Positions 37,170-50,817 are shown, numbered from the whole stretch's first letter. The stretch is 63,105 nt of DNA, filler included, from Chiloscyllium plagiosum (GCF_004010195.1; 3 parts of one record of this genome joined end to end with filler, not necessarily neighbours in it); one strand, 5' to 3'. Numbers and translations: made by a program. The notes: generated by a model from the letters alone, not told the origin.

Positions 37170-38251
37170 AAAATAAACACAGGTTAGCAGAGAGCAGGCA
37201 GCTCCCAGCCACATTACAGCAACCCCCAACCCGACAGCACGTTTTATATACACACACACGGTCCCGAACATAAACACAGGTTAGCAGAGAGCAGACAGCT
37301 CCCAGCCACATTACAGCAACCCCCAAACCCCGACAGCACGTTATACACACAGACGGCCCCGAACCCCGAAAATAAACACGGGTTAGCAGAGAGCAGGCAG
37401 CTCCCAGCCACATTACAGCACCCCCAAACCGACAGCACGTTATACACACAGACGGCCCCGAACCCCGAAAATAAACACGGGTTAGCAGAGAGCAGGCAGC
37501 TCCCAGCCACATTACAGCACCCCCAAACCGACAGCACGTTATACACACAGACGGCCCCGAACCCCGAAAATAAACACGGGTTAGCAGAGAGCAGGCAGCT
37601 CCCAGCCACATTACAGCACCCCCAAACCGACAGCACGTTATACACACAGACGGCCCCGAACCCCGAAAATAAACACGGGTTAGCAGAGAGCAGGCAGCTC
37701 CCAGCCACATTACAGCACCCCCAACCCGACAGCACGTTATACACACAGACGGCCCCGAACCCCGAAAATAAACACGGGTTAGCAGAGAGCAGGCAGCTCC
37801 CAGCCACATTACAGCACCCCCAACCCGACAGCACGTTATACACACAGACGGCCCCGAACCCCGAAAATAAACACGGGTTAGCAGAGAGCAGGCAGCTCCC
37901 AGCCACATTACAGCACCCCCAACCCGACAGCACGTTATACACACAGACGGCCCCGAACCCCGAAAATAAACACAGGTTAGCAGAGAGCAGGCAGCTCCCA
38001 GCCACATTACAGCACCCCCAACCCGACAGCACGTTATACACACAGACGGCCCCGAACCCCGAAAATAAACACAGGTTAGCAGAGAGCAGGCAGCTCCCAG
38101 CCACATTACAGCACCCCCAACCCGACAGCACGTTATACACACAGACGGCCCCGAACCCCGAAAATAAACACAGGTTAGCAGAGAGCAGGCAGCTCCCAGC
38201 CACATTACAGCACCCCCAACCCGACAGCACGTTATACACACAGACGGCCCC
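37170..38251. repeat. 99-bp minisatellite, ~11 copies
   Basis: 33-aa periodicity in ORFs 36871-38241 and 37244-38239. Confidence 0.95.
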
Positions 38252-39684
38252 CTGGCGTTATCACAGCCTGGGGATTATCACAGCCTGGGATTACCACAAC
38301 CAGGGGATTATCACAGCCTGGGGATTATGACAGCCTGGAGATTATCACAACGGGGGGGGGGGTTATCACAGCCAGAGGATTGTCACAGCCTGGGGATTAT
38401 CACAGCCAGAGGGATATCACAGCCAGAGGATTATCACAGCCAGGGGATTATCACAGTCTGGGGATTATCGCAGCCAGGGGATTATCAAGCCTGGTATTAT
38501 CACAGCCTGGGATTATCACAGTCTGGGATTATCACAGCCTGGCGATATCACAGCCTGGGATTATCACAGCCTGGGGATGACTACAACCAGAGATTATCAC
38601 AGCCTGGGGATTATCACAGTCTGTGATTATCACAGCCTGGGATTATCACAGCCTGGGATAACCATAGACTGGGGTTTATCGCAGCCTGGGATTATAACAG
38701 CCGGGGTTTATCGCAGCCTGGCGTTATCACAGCCTGGGGATTATCGCAGCCTGGCGTTATCACAGCCTGGGGATTATCACAGCCGGGGATTATCACAGCC
38801 AGAGATTATCACAGCCTGAGGATTATCACTGCCAGGGGATTATCACAGCCGGGGATAATCGCAGCCTGGGGATGACCACAACCAGAGATTTTCACAGCCT
38901 GAGGATTTTCGCAGTCAGGGATTTTCATAGTCTGGGATTATCACAGCCTGGGAATTATCACAGCCCGGGGATGATCACAGCCCGGGGATGATCACAGCCC
39001 GGGGATGATCACAGCCGGGGATGATCACAGCCGGGGATGATGACAGCCGGGGATTATCACATTTTGAGGAATATCACAGCCTGGGATTATCACATCTTGA
39101 GGATTATCACAGCCAGGGATTATCACAACCGGGGATTATCACAGCGGGGGGGATTATCACAGCGGGGGGATTATCGCAGCCTGGGGATTATCGCAGCCTG
39201 GGGATTATCACAGCCTGGGGATTATCACAGCCTGGGGATTATCTCAGTCTGGGGATTATCTCAGTCTGGGGATTATCTCAGTCTGGGGATTATCACAGTC
39301 TGGGGATTATCACAGTCTGGAATTATCACAGCCTGGAGATGACCACAACCAGAGATGATCGGAGCCTGGGGATGATCGCATCCTGGGGATGATCGCATCC
39401 TGGGAATGACCACAGTCTGGGATTATCACAGCCTTGGGATTATCACAGCCTGGGGATTATCACAGCCTGGGAACTATCACAGCCAGGGAACTATCACAAC
39501 CAGGGAACTATCACAGCCAGGGAACTATCACAGCCTGGGGATTGTCACAGCCGGGGATTGTCACAGTCTGGGGATGACCACAGCCAGAGATTATCACAGC
39601 CACAAATTATCACACACTGGGGATTATCACAGCCTGGGATTATCACAGGCAGGGATTATCACAGCCTGGGGATTGTCACAGCGG
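38252..39684. repeat. Degenerate ~19-20-bp tandem repeat (gggattatcacagcctg)
   Basis: Dozens of variant copies. Confidence 0.95.
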
Positions 39685-42600
39685 AAACCGGTACGCTCCC
39701 TCCCTCCATATTAAACCGGTACGCTCCCTCCCTCCATATTAAACCGGTACGCTCCCTCCCTCCATATTAAACCGGTACGCTCCCTCCCTCCATATTAAAC
39801 CGGTACGCTCCCTCCCTCCATATTAAACCGGTACGCTCCCTCCCTCCATATTAAACCGGTACGCTCCCTCCCTCCATATTAAACCGGTACGCTCCCTCCC
39901 TCCATATTAAACCGGTACGCTCCCTCCCTCCATATTAAACCGGTACGCTCCCTCCCTCCATATTAAACCGGTACGCTCCCTCCCTCCATATTAAACCGGT
40001 ACGCTCCCTCCCTCCATATTAAACCGGTACGCTCCCTCCCTCCATATTAAACCGGTACGCTCCCTCCCTCCATATTAAACCGGTACGCTCCCTCCCTCCA
40101 TATTAAACCGGTACGCTCCCTCCCTCCATATTAAACCGGTACGCTCCCTCCCTCCATATTAAACCGGTACGCTCCCTCCCTCCATATTAAACCGGTACGC
40201 TCCCTCCCTCCATATTAAACCGGTACGCTCCCTCCCTCCATATTAAACCGGTACGCTCCCTCCCTCCATATTAAACCGGTACGCTCCCTCCCTCCATATT
40301 AAACCGGTACGCTCCCTCCCTCCATATTAAACCGGTACGCTCCCTCCCTCCATATTAAACCGGTACGCTCCCTCCCTCCATATTAAACCGGTACGCTCCC
40401 TCCCTCCATATTAAACCGGTACGCTCCCTCCCTCCATATTAAACCGGTACGCTCCCTCCCTCCATATTAAACCGGTACGCTCCCTCCCTCCATATTAAAC
40501 CGGTACGCTCCCTCCCTCCATATTAAACCGGTACGCTCCCTCCCTCCATATTAAACCGGTACGCTCCCTCCCTCCATATTAAACCGGTACGCTCCCTCCC
40601 TCCATATTAAACCGGTACGCTCCCTCCCTCCATATTAAACCGGTACGCTCCCTCCCTCCATATTAAACCGGTACGCTCCCTCCCTCCATATTAAACCGGT
40701 ACGCTCCCTCCCTCCATATTAAACCGGTACGCTCCCTCCCTCCATATTAAACCGGTACGCTCCCTCCCTCCATATTAAACCGGTACGCTCCCTCCCTCCA
40801 TATTAAACCGGTACGCTCCCTCCCTCCATATTAAACCGGTACGCTCCCTCCCTCCATATTAAACCGGTACGCTCCCTCCCTCCATATTAAACCGGTACGC
40901 TCCCTCCCTCCATATTAAACCGGTACGCTCCCTCCCTCCATATTAAACCGGTACGCTCCCTCCCTCCATATTAAACCGGTACGCTCCCTCCCTCCATATT
41001 AAACCGGTACGCTCCCTCCCTCCATATTAAACCGGTACGCTCCCTCCCTCCATATTAAACCGGTACGCTCCCTCCCTCCATATTAAACCGGTACGCTCCC
41101 TCCCTCCATATTAAACCGGTACGCTCCCTCCCTCCATATTAAACCGGTACGCTCCCTCCCTCCATATTAAACCGGTACGCTCCCTCCCTCCATATTAAAC
41201 CGGTACGCTCCCTCCCTCCATATTAAACCGGTACGCTCCCTCCCTCCATATTAAACCGGTACGCTCCCTCCCTCCATATTAAACCGGTACGCTCCCTCCC
41301 TCCATATTAAACCGGTACGCTCCCTCCCTCCATATTAAACCGGTACGCTCCCTCCCTCCATATTAAACCGGTACGCTCCCTCCCTCCATATTAAACCGGT
41401 ACGCTCCCTCCCTCCATATTAAACCGGTACGCTCCCTCCCTCCATATTAAACCGGTACGCTCCCTCCCTCCATATTAAACCGGTACGCTCCCTCCCTCCA
41501 TATTAAACCGGTACGCTCCCTCCCTCCATATTAAACCGGTACGCTCCCTCCCTCCATATTAAACCGGTACGCTCCCTCCCTCCATATTAAACCGGTACGC
41601 TCCCTCCCTCCATATTAAACCGGTACGCTCCCTCCCTCCATATTAAACCGGTACGCTCCCTCCCTCCATATTAAACCGGTACGCTCCCTCCCTCCATATT
41701 AAACCGGTACGCTCCCTCCCTCCATATTAAACCGGTACGCTCCCTCCCTCCATATTAAACCGGTACGCTCCCTCCCTCCATATTAAACCGGTACGCTCCC
41801 TCCCTCCATATTAAACCGGTACGCTCCCTCCCTCCATATTAAACCGGTACGCTCCCTCCCTCCATATTAAACCGGTACGCTCCCTCCCTCCATATTAAAC
41901 CGGTACGCTCCCTCCCTCCATATTAAACCGGTACGCTCCCTCCCTCCATATTAAACCGGTACGCTCCCTCCCTCCATATTAAACCGGTACGCTCCCTCCC
42001 TCCATATTAAACCGGTACGCTCCCTCCCTCCATATTAAACCGGTACGCTCCCTCCCTCCATATTAAACCGGTACGCTCCCTCCCTCCATATTAAACCGGT
42101 ACGCTCCCTCCCTCCATATTAAACCGGTACGCTCCCTCCCTCCATATTAAACCGGTACGCTCCCTCCCTCCATATTAAACCGGTACGCTCCCTCCCTCCA
42201 TATTAAACCGGTACGCTCCCTCCCTCCATATTAAACCGGTACGCTCCCTCCCTCCATATTAAACCGGTACGCTCCCTCCCTCCATATTAAACCGGTACGC
42301 TCCCTCCCTCCATATTAAACCGGTACGCTCCCTCCCTCCATATTAAACCGGTACGCTCCCTCCCTCCATATTAAACCGGTACGCTCCCTCCCTCCATATT
42401 AAACCGGTACGCTCCCTCCCTCCATATTAAACCGGTACGCTCCCTCCCTCCATATTAAACCGGTACGCTCCCTCCCTCCATATTAAACCGGTACGCTCCC
42501 TCCCTCCATATTAAACCGGTACGCTCCCTCCCTCCATATTAAACCGGTACGCTCCCTCCCTCCATATTAAACCGGTACGCTCCCTCCCTCCATATTAAAC

Positions 42601-42840
42601 CGGTACGCTCCCTCCCTCCATATTAAACCGGTACGCTCCCTCCCTCCATATTAAACCGGTACGCTCCCTCCCTCCATATTAAACCGGTACGCTCCCCCTC
42701 TCCATATTAAACCGGTACGCTCCCCCTCCTCCCCGCTACGCTCCCTCCCTCCATATTAAACCGGTACGCTCCCTCCCTCCATATTAAACCGGTACGCTCC
42801 CCCTCTCCATATTAAACCGGTACGCTCCCCCTCCTCCCCG
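39685..42840. repeat. Near-perfect 28-bp tandem array (aaaccggtacgctccctccctccatatt), ~110 copies
   Basis: Line pattern repeats every 420 bp (15 x 28); variants seen only at the right end. Confidence 0.98.
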
Positions 42841-43007
42841 CAGGCTCTAACAGTGATGTACAGTTGGAGGTGGTCGCTCAGTAACAGCCTGTCCATGCCC
42901 ATGAGTGACTTTTGGGCCCACATACCTCACAGTATGGGGCTGTTCCCTCATCAGCACGTGTCTGAATGTTAGTGGGTAACTCCAGACTGAACGGAAGGAG
43001 TGTTTAC

Positions 43008-43241
43008 CTGGTCCAGCTGATGTCCTGCCCGTTTTGCCAGGTCTCCGCTCAGTGTGAGAGCTCTTCTTCTTCCTGTCCCTGGTACTGGAGGAGCAGCGGG
43101 CAGTGGGAGACACTGAGTGATGTCGGTGACTACCCACTGTAGCTGGTCGTTTCAGGCTCGGGTTTGAATCAGGCGAAGGGTAGGTCACACCCACATCCCG
43201 AGTCAATCTTCCTGACGTGCTTGGGACACCTTCCAGAGACT
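43008..43241 (-). CDS. ALMS1: ALMS1 exon (phase 1-1)
   Basis: ttgtgttag|...CCAG|gtaaac. Encodes ESLEGVPSTSGRLTRDVGVTYPSPDS...SAGP, containing the conserved TRDVGxTF/YPxP block. Confidence 0.8.
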
Positions 43242-43689
43242 CTAACACAAGACACGGAGCGTGTTTGTTATAAACAGAGAGAATTAGGCTGGGGTGAGAG
43301 AGTCTGTCTTTATGATAACTGTGATCGGGCAGCACACTGAAGGAAATGGCCCATGTCACACTCCATCTGCCTTCTACTTAAGCTATTGACATCTCTATGC
43401 AGCCTGTGTGTGTGTGTCCACCTCACAGCTGACATTCCTAATGAGCTGCACAGTTTCAGCACATCTGGATTTCATGTCTTTGTCAAAGTCATTACTGTAG
43501 GCTACAAATTGCTGAAACCCAGCTCTGACCCTCACAGAATTACTCAGTAAAAAAACTAACTTGATAACACTGGGATTCATTCCTTCTGTCCTCTATCCTG
43601 TTAATAAACTATCCTAAAATACAGGAGGCTTCTCCTCAGGCATTAACCTTTTGTGCTTGTCCAAATCAAAAACCAAATAAGCTTGCCAC

Positions 43690-45580
43690 ACAGCGTGGAA
43701 ACAGACCCTCCAGTCCAACTGGGCCATGCCAACCATATTCACCAACTAATCTCGTCCCACCTGACTGCATTTGGCATCTATCCCTGTAAACCTCCCGATT
43801 CATGCACTTACCAACATACATAGAACATTATAGCGCAGTACAGACTCTTCAGCCCTCGATGTTGCACCAACCCGTGGAACCAATCTGAAGCCCATCTCTC
43901 CTACATTTTCGTCCATACGTCTATCCAATGGCCATTTCAACGCCCTTAACATTGGCGAGTCTACTACTGTTACAGGCAGGATGTTCCACACCCCAACTAC
44001 TGAGTAAAGAAACTACCTCTGACATCTGTCCTGTACCTATCACCCCTCAATGTACAGCTATGTCCCCTCGTGCTAGCCATCACCATCCGAGGAAAAAGGC
44101 TCTCACTATCCATCCTGAATAACCCTCTGATTATATGTCTCAATTAAGCCACCTCTCAACATTCTTCTTTCTCATGAAAAGAGCATCAAGTCCCTCAGCC
44201 TTTCCTCTCAAGACCTTCACTCCAGACCAGGTAACATCCTAGTAAATCACCTCTGAACGCTTTCCAAAGTTTCCACATCCTTCCGATAATGCGGTGACCA
44301 GAACTGTACGCAATACTCCAAGTGCAGCCTCCCCAGAGTTTTGTAGCTGCAACATGCCCTTGTAGATCTGAAACTCGATCCCTAGTAAAAGCTAACACAC
44401 CATATGCCTTCTTAACAACCCTATCAACCTGGGTGGCAACTTTCAGGGATCTATGTACCTGGACACAGAGATCCCTCTGCTCATCTACACTACCAAGAAT
44501 CTTACTATTAGCCCAGTACCCTGCATTCCTGTTACTCCTTCCAACTCAAACTTTTTCACATTAAACTCCATTAGTCACTCTGAGCCCAGCTCTGCAGTTT
44601 ACATATGTCCCTCTGTAACCTACAACATCTTTCCACACTGTCCATAACTCTACGGAGAAGAGTGCCAACCGCAAATTTACTAACCCATCCTTCTATGCCC
44701 TCACACAGATCATTTATGAAAATGACAAATAGCAGTGAACCCAAAACAGATCCTTGAGGTACTCCACTAATAACTGAATGCCAGGATGAATATTTCCCAT
44801 TAACCGCACCCTCTGTCTTCTTACAACTAACCAATTTCTGATCCAAACCACCAAATCGCCCTCAAACCCATGCCTCCGTATTTTGTACAATAGCCTACCG
44901 TGGGGAGCCTTATCAAACACCTTGCTGAAATTCATATACACCACATCAACCACTTTACCCTCATCCACCTGTTGCTGGTGACCATCTCAAAGAACACAAT
45001 AAGGTTTGCGAGGCACGACCTACCCTTCACAAAACCATGTTGACTATCCCTAATCAACTTACTCCTTTCTAGATGATTATAAATTCTCTTTTATAACCTT
45101 TTCCAACACTTTACCCACAACCGAAGTAAAGCTCACTGGTCGATAATTTTCAGGGTCGTCTCTACTCCCCTTCTTGAATAAGGGAACAGCATTTGCTATC
45201 CTCCAGTCTTCTGGCACTATTCCTGTAGGCAATGATGATACAAAGATGAAAGCCAAAGGCTCTGCAATCTCCTCCCTGGCTTCCCAGAGAATCATAATTG
45301 TCCTAAATCTCTTAAATGTAATAACTATACCTGCATCCACCAAAGTTGTTTCAACACACAAACGGCACTCTGTAAAAAAGAAGTTGCCTCTTACGTCCTT
45401 TTCAAATTTCTCTTCTCTTACCTTAGAGATATGCTCCCGAGTCTTGAAATCTCTCACCCAGGGAAAGGACACCTGCCATTCACCTTGTCTATACCCCTCA
45501 TTACTTTATAAGCCTCTCTCAGGTCACCTCTCAACCCCCTATGCTCCAGTGAAAACAGTCCCAGTCTTTTCAGCCTATTT
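43690..45580 (-). mobile_element. Nested CR1 fragments including RT domain
   Basis: NYRPVSFTSVVGK, VDVVYMNFSKVFDK, GVPQGSVLGSLLFVIFINDL; frameshifted. Confidence 0.9.
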
Positions 45581-46689
45581 TCTATTGGCTTCCTTGATTG
45601 GCCCAACACTTAAACATTAATCAGCTTAACAAGCATAACTTAACTTAAGTCACTTTGTCTGGTCACACAACAATTTTTTTAACTATTATTAAGACTTTAA
45701 TAGATTCCAGTGTTTTCCCAAGAGATTCCATATTTCAGAAATGTAACTGGAGTCTTCTACCGAGAAGTCAGATAAAATATATCACTGATCCTGCTATTTA
45801 CCTGTCCTGTCTCTCCTTCTAACGGACCAATGTTTACTTTACCCACTCTCTTCCTTTACAATTTATGCAGGAACAGGCAAGAAATGTTTACTGAGCTAGC
45901 AACACCCACATCCCATGAAGAAATACATTTTATTTTAACAAGTTCCTAATTGCCCAGACAGCAGTCAAGAGTCAAGCACATGGCTAAGAGTCTGGATTCA
46001 CATGTCAGCCAGAGCAGGTAAGGATGTTTCCTGCCCTGAAGGATATTAGTGAACCAGGTGGGTTTTTCCAACAATCGACAATGAATTCATGGTCACCATT
46101 AGACTCCTAATCCCAGATTTTTGTTTTAGTGAATTCAAAATCAAACATGTGCAAGATTTGAACTCAGGTCTGCAGAACATTACCTGGGTTTCTGGATGAA
46201 GAGTCCAATGATAGCACCAAGAGGCCATCACCTCCTCTAACCTGTCCTTGGGTCAGCATCAGTTTTGAATCAGTGTGGGCAGAGTGAGAAGATTGTGGTC
46301 TGGGTCCCACTCCAGAAACATAAGCACACACGAGCGCACACAGCCCCAGTTGGAGGGGCTGCTTCTCGGAGGAAGCTTGAATCAAGGCTCCCCATCTGAG
46401 CCCTCCTCATGGGAGAATCCCTGACCCATCACCATGAAAGAAACCATCTGGTCATCATTTAACTTCTGTTTTGGGATCTTGCTCTGCACATTACCACGAT
46501 GACCACTTTTTAAAACAAAGTATCTGATCGATTGTGAAGATTTTTAGGACATTGCGAATCCATGAAACATTGCACAAACCTGTAGGTGTTCTCTTTCTGA
46601 GCCGAGGGCTCACAGCCTTCCACAGTAGGCTCCTAAATAAGTCACACTGCTCTCACAACAACCGGCCAACCCCCCTGCAAGGCCCTTAC

Positions 46690-46813
46690 CTGTTTGTACC
46701 CCCTGGCTGACCAGCCTGGTGCACTTCTTATTGATGAGTTTGCTGGAGGGCCCTCGGGGCAGTGGGTGAGAGGGGCTGTCAGCAGACAAAGGGTCGGAAG
46801 TGCTTGTGGAGAC
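46690..46813 (-). CDS. ALMS1: ALMS1 exon (7th from end; phase 0-1)
   Basis: tttttatccacag|GTC...ACAG|gtaagg. Encodes VSTSTSDPLSADSPSHPLPRGPSSKLINKKCTRLVSQGVQT. Phase fits the next exon, and the end resembles the GIQA|GNLE junction of vertebrate ALMS1. Confidence 0.7.
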
Positions 46814-47099
46814 CTGTGGATAAAAACACAGGGATTACGACTGAACCATCTGCCCCCTCTGCTGATGTGGGGGCATGCTCCCACAACACAGTGACCACCC
46901 GACTGACGAAGGAGAGAGAGTGGGCTGGCTGGCTCCCTCCCACCTCTGTACCCAGCACAGGGAACAACTGATTCCAGCAGAGCTATGTGTGTGTGTGTGA
47001 GGGGAGTGAGTGAATGAGCAAGAGAGCACACCATTGCCAGAGATCTCTGAGTGAAGGAGTAGTGATCATTCGTGATAGAATTGAAGTGAACTGGGTAGA

Positions 47100-47650
47100 T
47101 AGATTAACAGGAATAAAAGCAAGCAGCGGCAGACAATGAAGGAGTTAACTCATGACTGTCAGCAAAAATATATCCCACAGCAAGGAGGAAAGATTCGAAG
47201 AGAGGGATAAATCAACCTTGGCTAATCCAAGAAGTTGAGGAGAGTGTTAAGTATAAAGGCGGATTAAAAAGATAATATATACAAAGATAATAAATTCAGA
47301 GGGCAAACTCGCAAGGAATATGAAAAGTCACAATAACAACTTTGTTAAGTATATAAAGAAGTGAACACAGGCCCCTTCAAAAACAAATCTGTGGAGACAG
47401 TTATGGGGAACAAGGAAATGGCAGAGGAATTTAACAGATATTTTACATCACTCTTTACTTCAAGCATCCAATTAGTAAAGATACAGGGGGGAGGAATTAA
47501 GTAACATCACTGTCACTGAAGTGGTATTAGACAAACTCATGGGCCTGGTCCCCTGGTCCTGACGGCTTATATTCTCGGATCCCAAAAGAGGAGTACAGAG
47601 ATAATGGATGCATTGGCTGGAATTTTCCAAAGTTCCTTGGATTCTGGAGA
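47100..47650 (+). mobile_element. Degraded CR1 ORF2 fragment
   Basis: ggaaatggcagaggaatttaacagatatttt and ccctggtcctgacggc (tether/pre-RT region). Confidence 0.65.
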
Positions 47651-47737
47651 AGTATTATAGAGTTTTACAGCACAGAAACAGACACTTCAGTCCAACTCGC
47701 CCATGCCAACCAGATATCCTAACATAATCCTAACATA

Positions 47738-48585
47738 ACCGAGCAAAGGCTACGACAACGGATGAATGGGCACTGCACAACAATCAACAGACAGGAGGGT
47801 TCCCTCCCAGTTGGGGAACACTTCAGTGGTCCAGGACATTCAGCCTTGGACCTTCGGGTGACCATCCTCCAAGGTGGACTTCGGGACAGGCAGCAGAGGA
47901 ACGTGGCCGAGCAGAGGCTGATAGCTAAGTTCAGTACCCATAGGGAGGGCCTCAACCAGGACCTGGGGTTCATGTCACATTACAGGTGATCACCATTGCA
48001 CTACACACACACACACTCAGGTACACACAGACGTGCACACACACCCTTCTAGACACCCACACTCCCACACATGCACCCCCTCACAGACTTAAGAAACTCT
48101 GCACTCACTACACACACACACACACTCTCACTCTCTCTCAATCACAACCCCCACCCCAGACAGACACACACACAGGCAGACAGACAAAGACCCACATGCA
48201 CACATATATTTTGTGTGGTGGATTTGTACTTGCAGAGTTACATTGCACTTTGCTCAAAAACTGCATACATTCATGTAGAACTCTGAGCTCAAAAACTGCA
48301 TGAATTTATGCAAAACTCTGTTACCTCACTTTTTAGATTGGAATCAATCTAAACATCAGGTCATAGACAGAGAACACGGGAGCTAACACCTTCAACACAT
48401 TGTCTTGCTATCACCATTGTTAACAGCTAACCCGAGAATGCAACTTTAAAAAAAAGGGTTTTGTGATTTACACATAAAGAAGTGAAACTATCACTGTATT
48501 CTAACAGATGAAAGGCTTAACAGACAATCAATTTTTCAATGTATAATTTCAGTTACATCACACTGTAAATCTTTGCTATAAATTC
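47738..48585 (+). mobile_element. Penelope-like element 3' end (GIY-YIG C-terminus plus 3' UTR), parent family of the palindromic insertions
   Basis: RQRMNGHCTTINRQEGSLPVGEHFSGPGHS...EQRLIAKFSTHREGLN. UTR matches 25850-26250 in reverse. Confidence 0.85.
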
Positions 48586-48685
48586 NNNNNNNNNNNNNNN
48601 NNNNNNNNNNNNNNNNNNNNNNNNNNNNNTTAATTAATTAANNNNNNNNNNNNNNNNNNNNNNNNNNNNNNNNNNNNNNNNNNNN
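48586..48685. other. Scaffold gap with artificial TTAATTAATTAA linker
   Basis: 44 N + TTAATTAATTAA + 44 N. Confidence 0.95.
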
Positions 48686-48860
48686 CCTGGGGAGCGGGCT
48701 CCCCGACGGGAGTAGGCCTCATGCCGGAAATGGAGCCGAAATAGGATTGGCCATTGAAAGGAGGCTGGGGGGGGGGTGGCGCAGGAGGGAATGTGAGGGG
48801 GAGTGGAATGGGGAGATGTTGAAGATCCCGTCGCTGGAACAGAGCCCAACGCAGGCCAGA
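48686..48860. promoter_or_regulatory. CpG-rich promoter-like segment
   Basis: ETS-like CCGGAAAT 48724-48731, ATTGG (CCAAT on -) 48746-48750, G-rich boxes, locally retained CpGs. Confidence 0.4.
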
Positions 48861-50486
48861 CAGATTGAAGATATTCTGACAGAGAGAATAACGAGCGAAA
48901 TAAGCTCTGAGGGAGAGAACGAGATGATTAGTGAGGCACAGCCGACCACATTAAGATCAGCGCACGCGGTAATTATGAAGAAAGATTCTAATATTAATTA
49001 AACGATGATAAATATTTGATGTGATGCAGCACCCTTTCATTTTATAATGAAAAAGAGAGAGAGAGAGAGAGAGACATGGGGGGGAGGGCACTGAGAGGCA
49101 GTGAAAGAGTCAGGATTGTACTGAGTAGTACAGTCAGAGACAGAGAAACATGACCATACAGAGACAATAAGCCCCAGGCTTGGAGACTCAGGGAGGAAGT
49201 AGCTAAAACTGCATTTCCATAGCACCTTCACTCCCTCAGAAATGGCTCCAAGCATTTTATTTTGGAGCCAACGCTTTTGAACTGCAGCCAGTGTGACAGG
49301 AAATGAGGCCGTGTATTCAGGCACAGTTAGGAAGACAGTGGCCTAGTGGTATTATCGGTGGACAGTTAATTCTGAGAACCTGGGTTCAAATCCTGTCACA
49401 GCAGATGGTGGAATTTGAATCCAATAAAAACAGTGTAAAAATAAGAGTCTACTGATAACCATGAATCAATTGTCAGAAAAACCCATCTGGGTCACTGATG
49501 TCCTTTGGGGATGGAAGCTGCCATCCTTACCTGGTCTGGCCGACACGTGACTCCAGACCCACAGCATCGTGGTTGACTCTTAACTGCCCTCTGGGTAATT
49601 AAGGATGGTCTTGCCAGCTACACTTACATCTTGAGAGTGAATTGGAAAAACAGCTCCCAGCAGTGTGAGAATGCCCATCTTAACTATTTCCCCAGATGTT
49701 ATTTGAGATAGTGGTGATAACACTCACTCACATATGGATGGGAGTAATTAGGAGGGGAAATTAGAGGCTGGTGTTCCCATGTATCTGCGCCATCATCCTT
49801 CGAGATGGAAGTGGTTCATGGGTTTGGAAGGTGCTGTAGAAGGAGCCTTGTTGAATTTCTGCAGGGCATCTTGTAGGATCTCTGAACAGGCTTAGGCTGT
49901 TCAGCTCCTCAAACCTCAATACCATCGTGGCCAATCTCATCCCGACTCCTTCAGCGTCACCCTTCTGACCTGCTCAGCTGCCCATCCCTACATGTCGTGT
50001 CCAAATGCCTGATTTCACAGTTTGTGATGGGTGGGTTTTGAACTCTCTGCCTCTGAGCTGCTGGATCCAGTCAGGGCCCTGTGTGAAACGTGTTAGTGAG
50101 GCCCAGGTACAGGACAGGACTCCCAGTGAGAGTCTGCACTTTCGACAAACAAGCTGCCTTCATACGAGTGTGAGGAGAATTCTGGAAAAACAGGAGGCAG
50201 TGGTCACACCAAGAAACAGACCTGAGCTGCTCTCAAACCACAGTGTCTGTAAAAAGCGCAAGTGTACATCAGGAGCCAGGGAGGGGCGGTGTATCGGAGT
50301 GCTGCGGTTTACAGGAAACTGTATCCACCACTGGTTAAACCCTGTCTGAAGAATTCCATTCAGTCCTGGGCATCACACGTCAGGGAGAATACTGGAGAGT
50401 GGGTCCAGCTCACATTTACCAGAATGACCCCAAGGCTAAAGGATTAAGTCATCAAGGAAGGTTCCATTGACTGTGACTGTATTCCT

Positions 50487-50692
50487 GATTCGGAGATGCC
50501 GGTGTTGGACTGGGGTGTACAAAGTTAAAAATCACACAACACCAGGTTATAGTCCAACAGGTTTAATTGGAAGCACACTAGCTTTCGGAGCGTCACTCCT
50601 TCATCAGGTAAAGGAGCGACACTCCGAAAGCTAGTGTGCTTCCAATTAAACCTGTTGGACTCTAACCTGGTGTTGTGTGATTTTTAACTTTG
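50487..50692. mobile_element. Palindromic Penelope-derived insertion; hammerhead core intact on - strand only
   Basis: Inverted arms. Minus strand CTGATGA-aggagtgacgctcc-GAAAGCTA at ~50576-50610. Imperfect TSD tgtattcctga / tgcattcttga. Confidence 0.85.
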
Positions 50693-50817
50693 CATTCTTG
50701 AATATTGCCTGACACCCTCCACCAGCCCCTGCAGCTCAGCTCATCAGCTGCTTTTATTACCTCTCACCTGAACTGTTCCAGCTCACTCCAGGCTGCTCTC
50801 CCTCACTCTGCCTTCTG

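Noticed and set aside
36871..38241. 456-aa and 331-aa Cys-rich ORFs as standalone genes
   Set aside because: They result from the stop-free 99-bp minisatellite; only 36907-37154 is ALMS1 coding.
39685..42840. CRISPR-like array
   Set aside because: Head-to-tail units without unique spacers, no cas genes, eukaryotic context.
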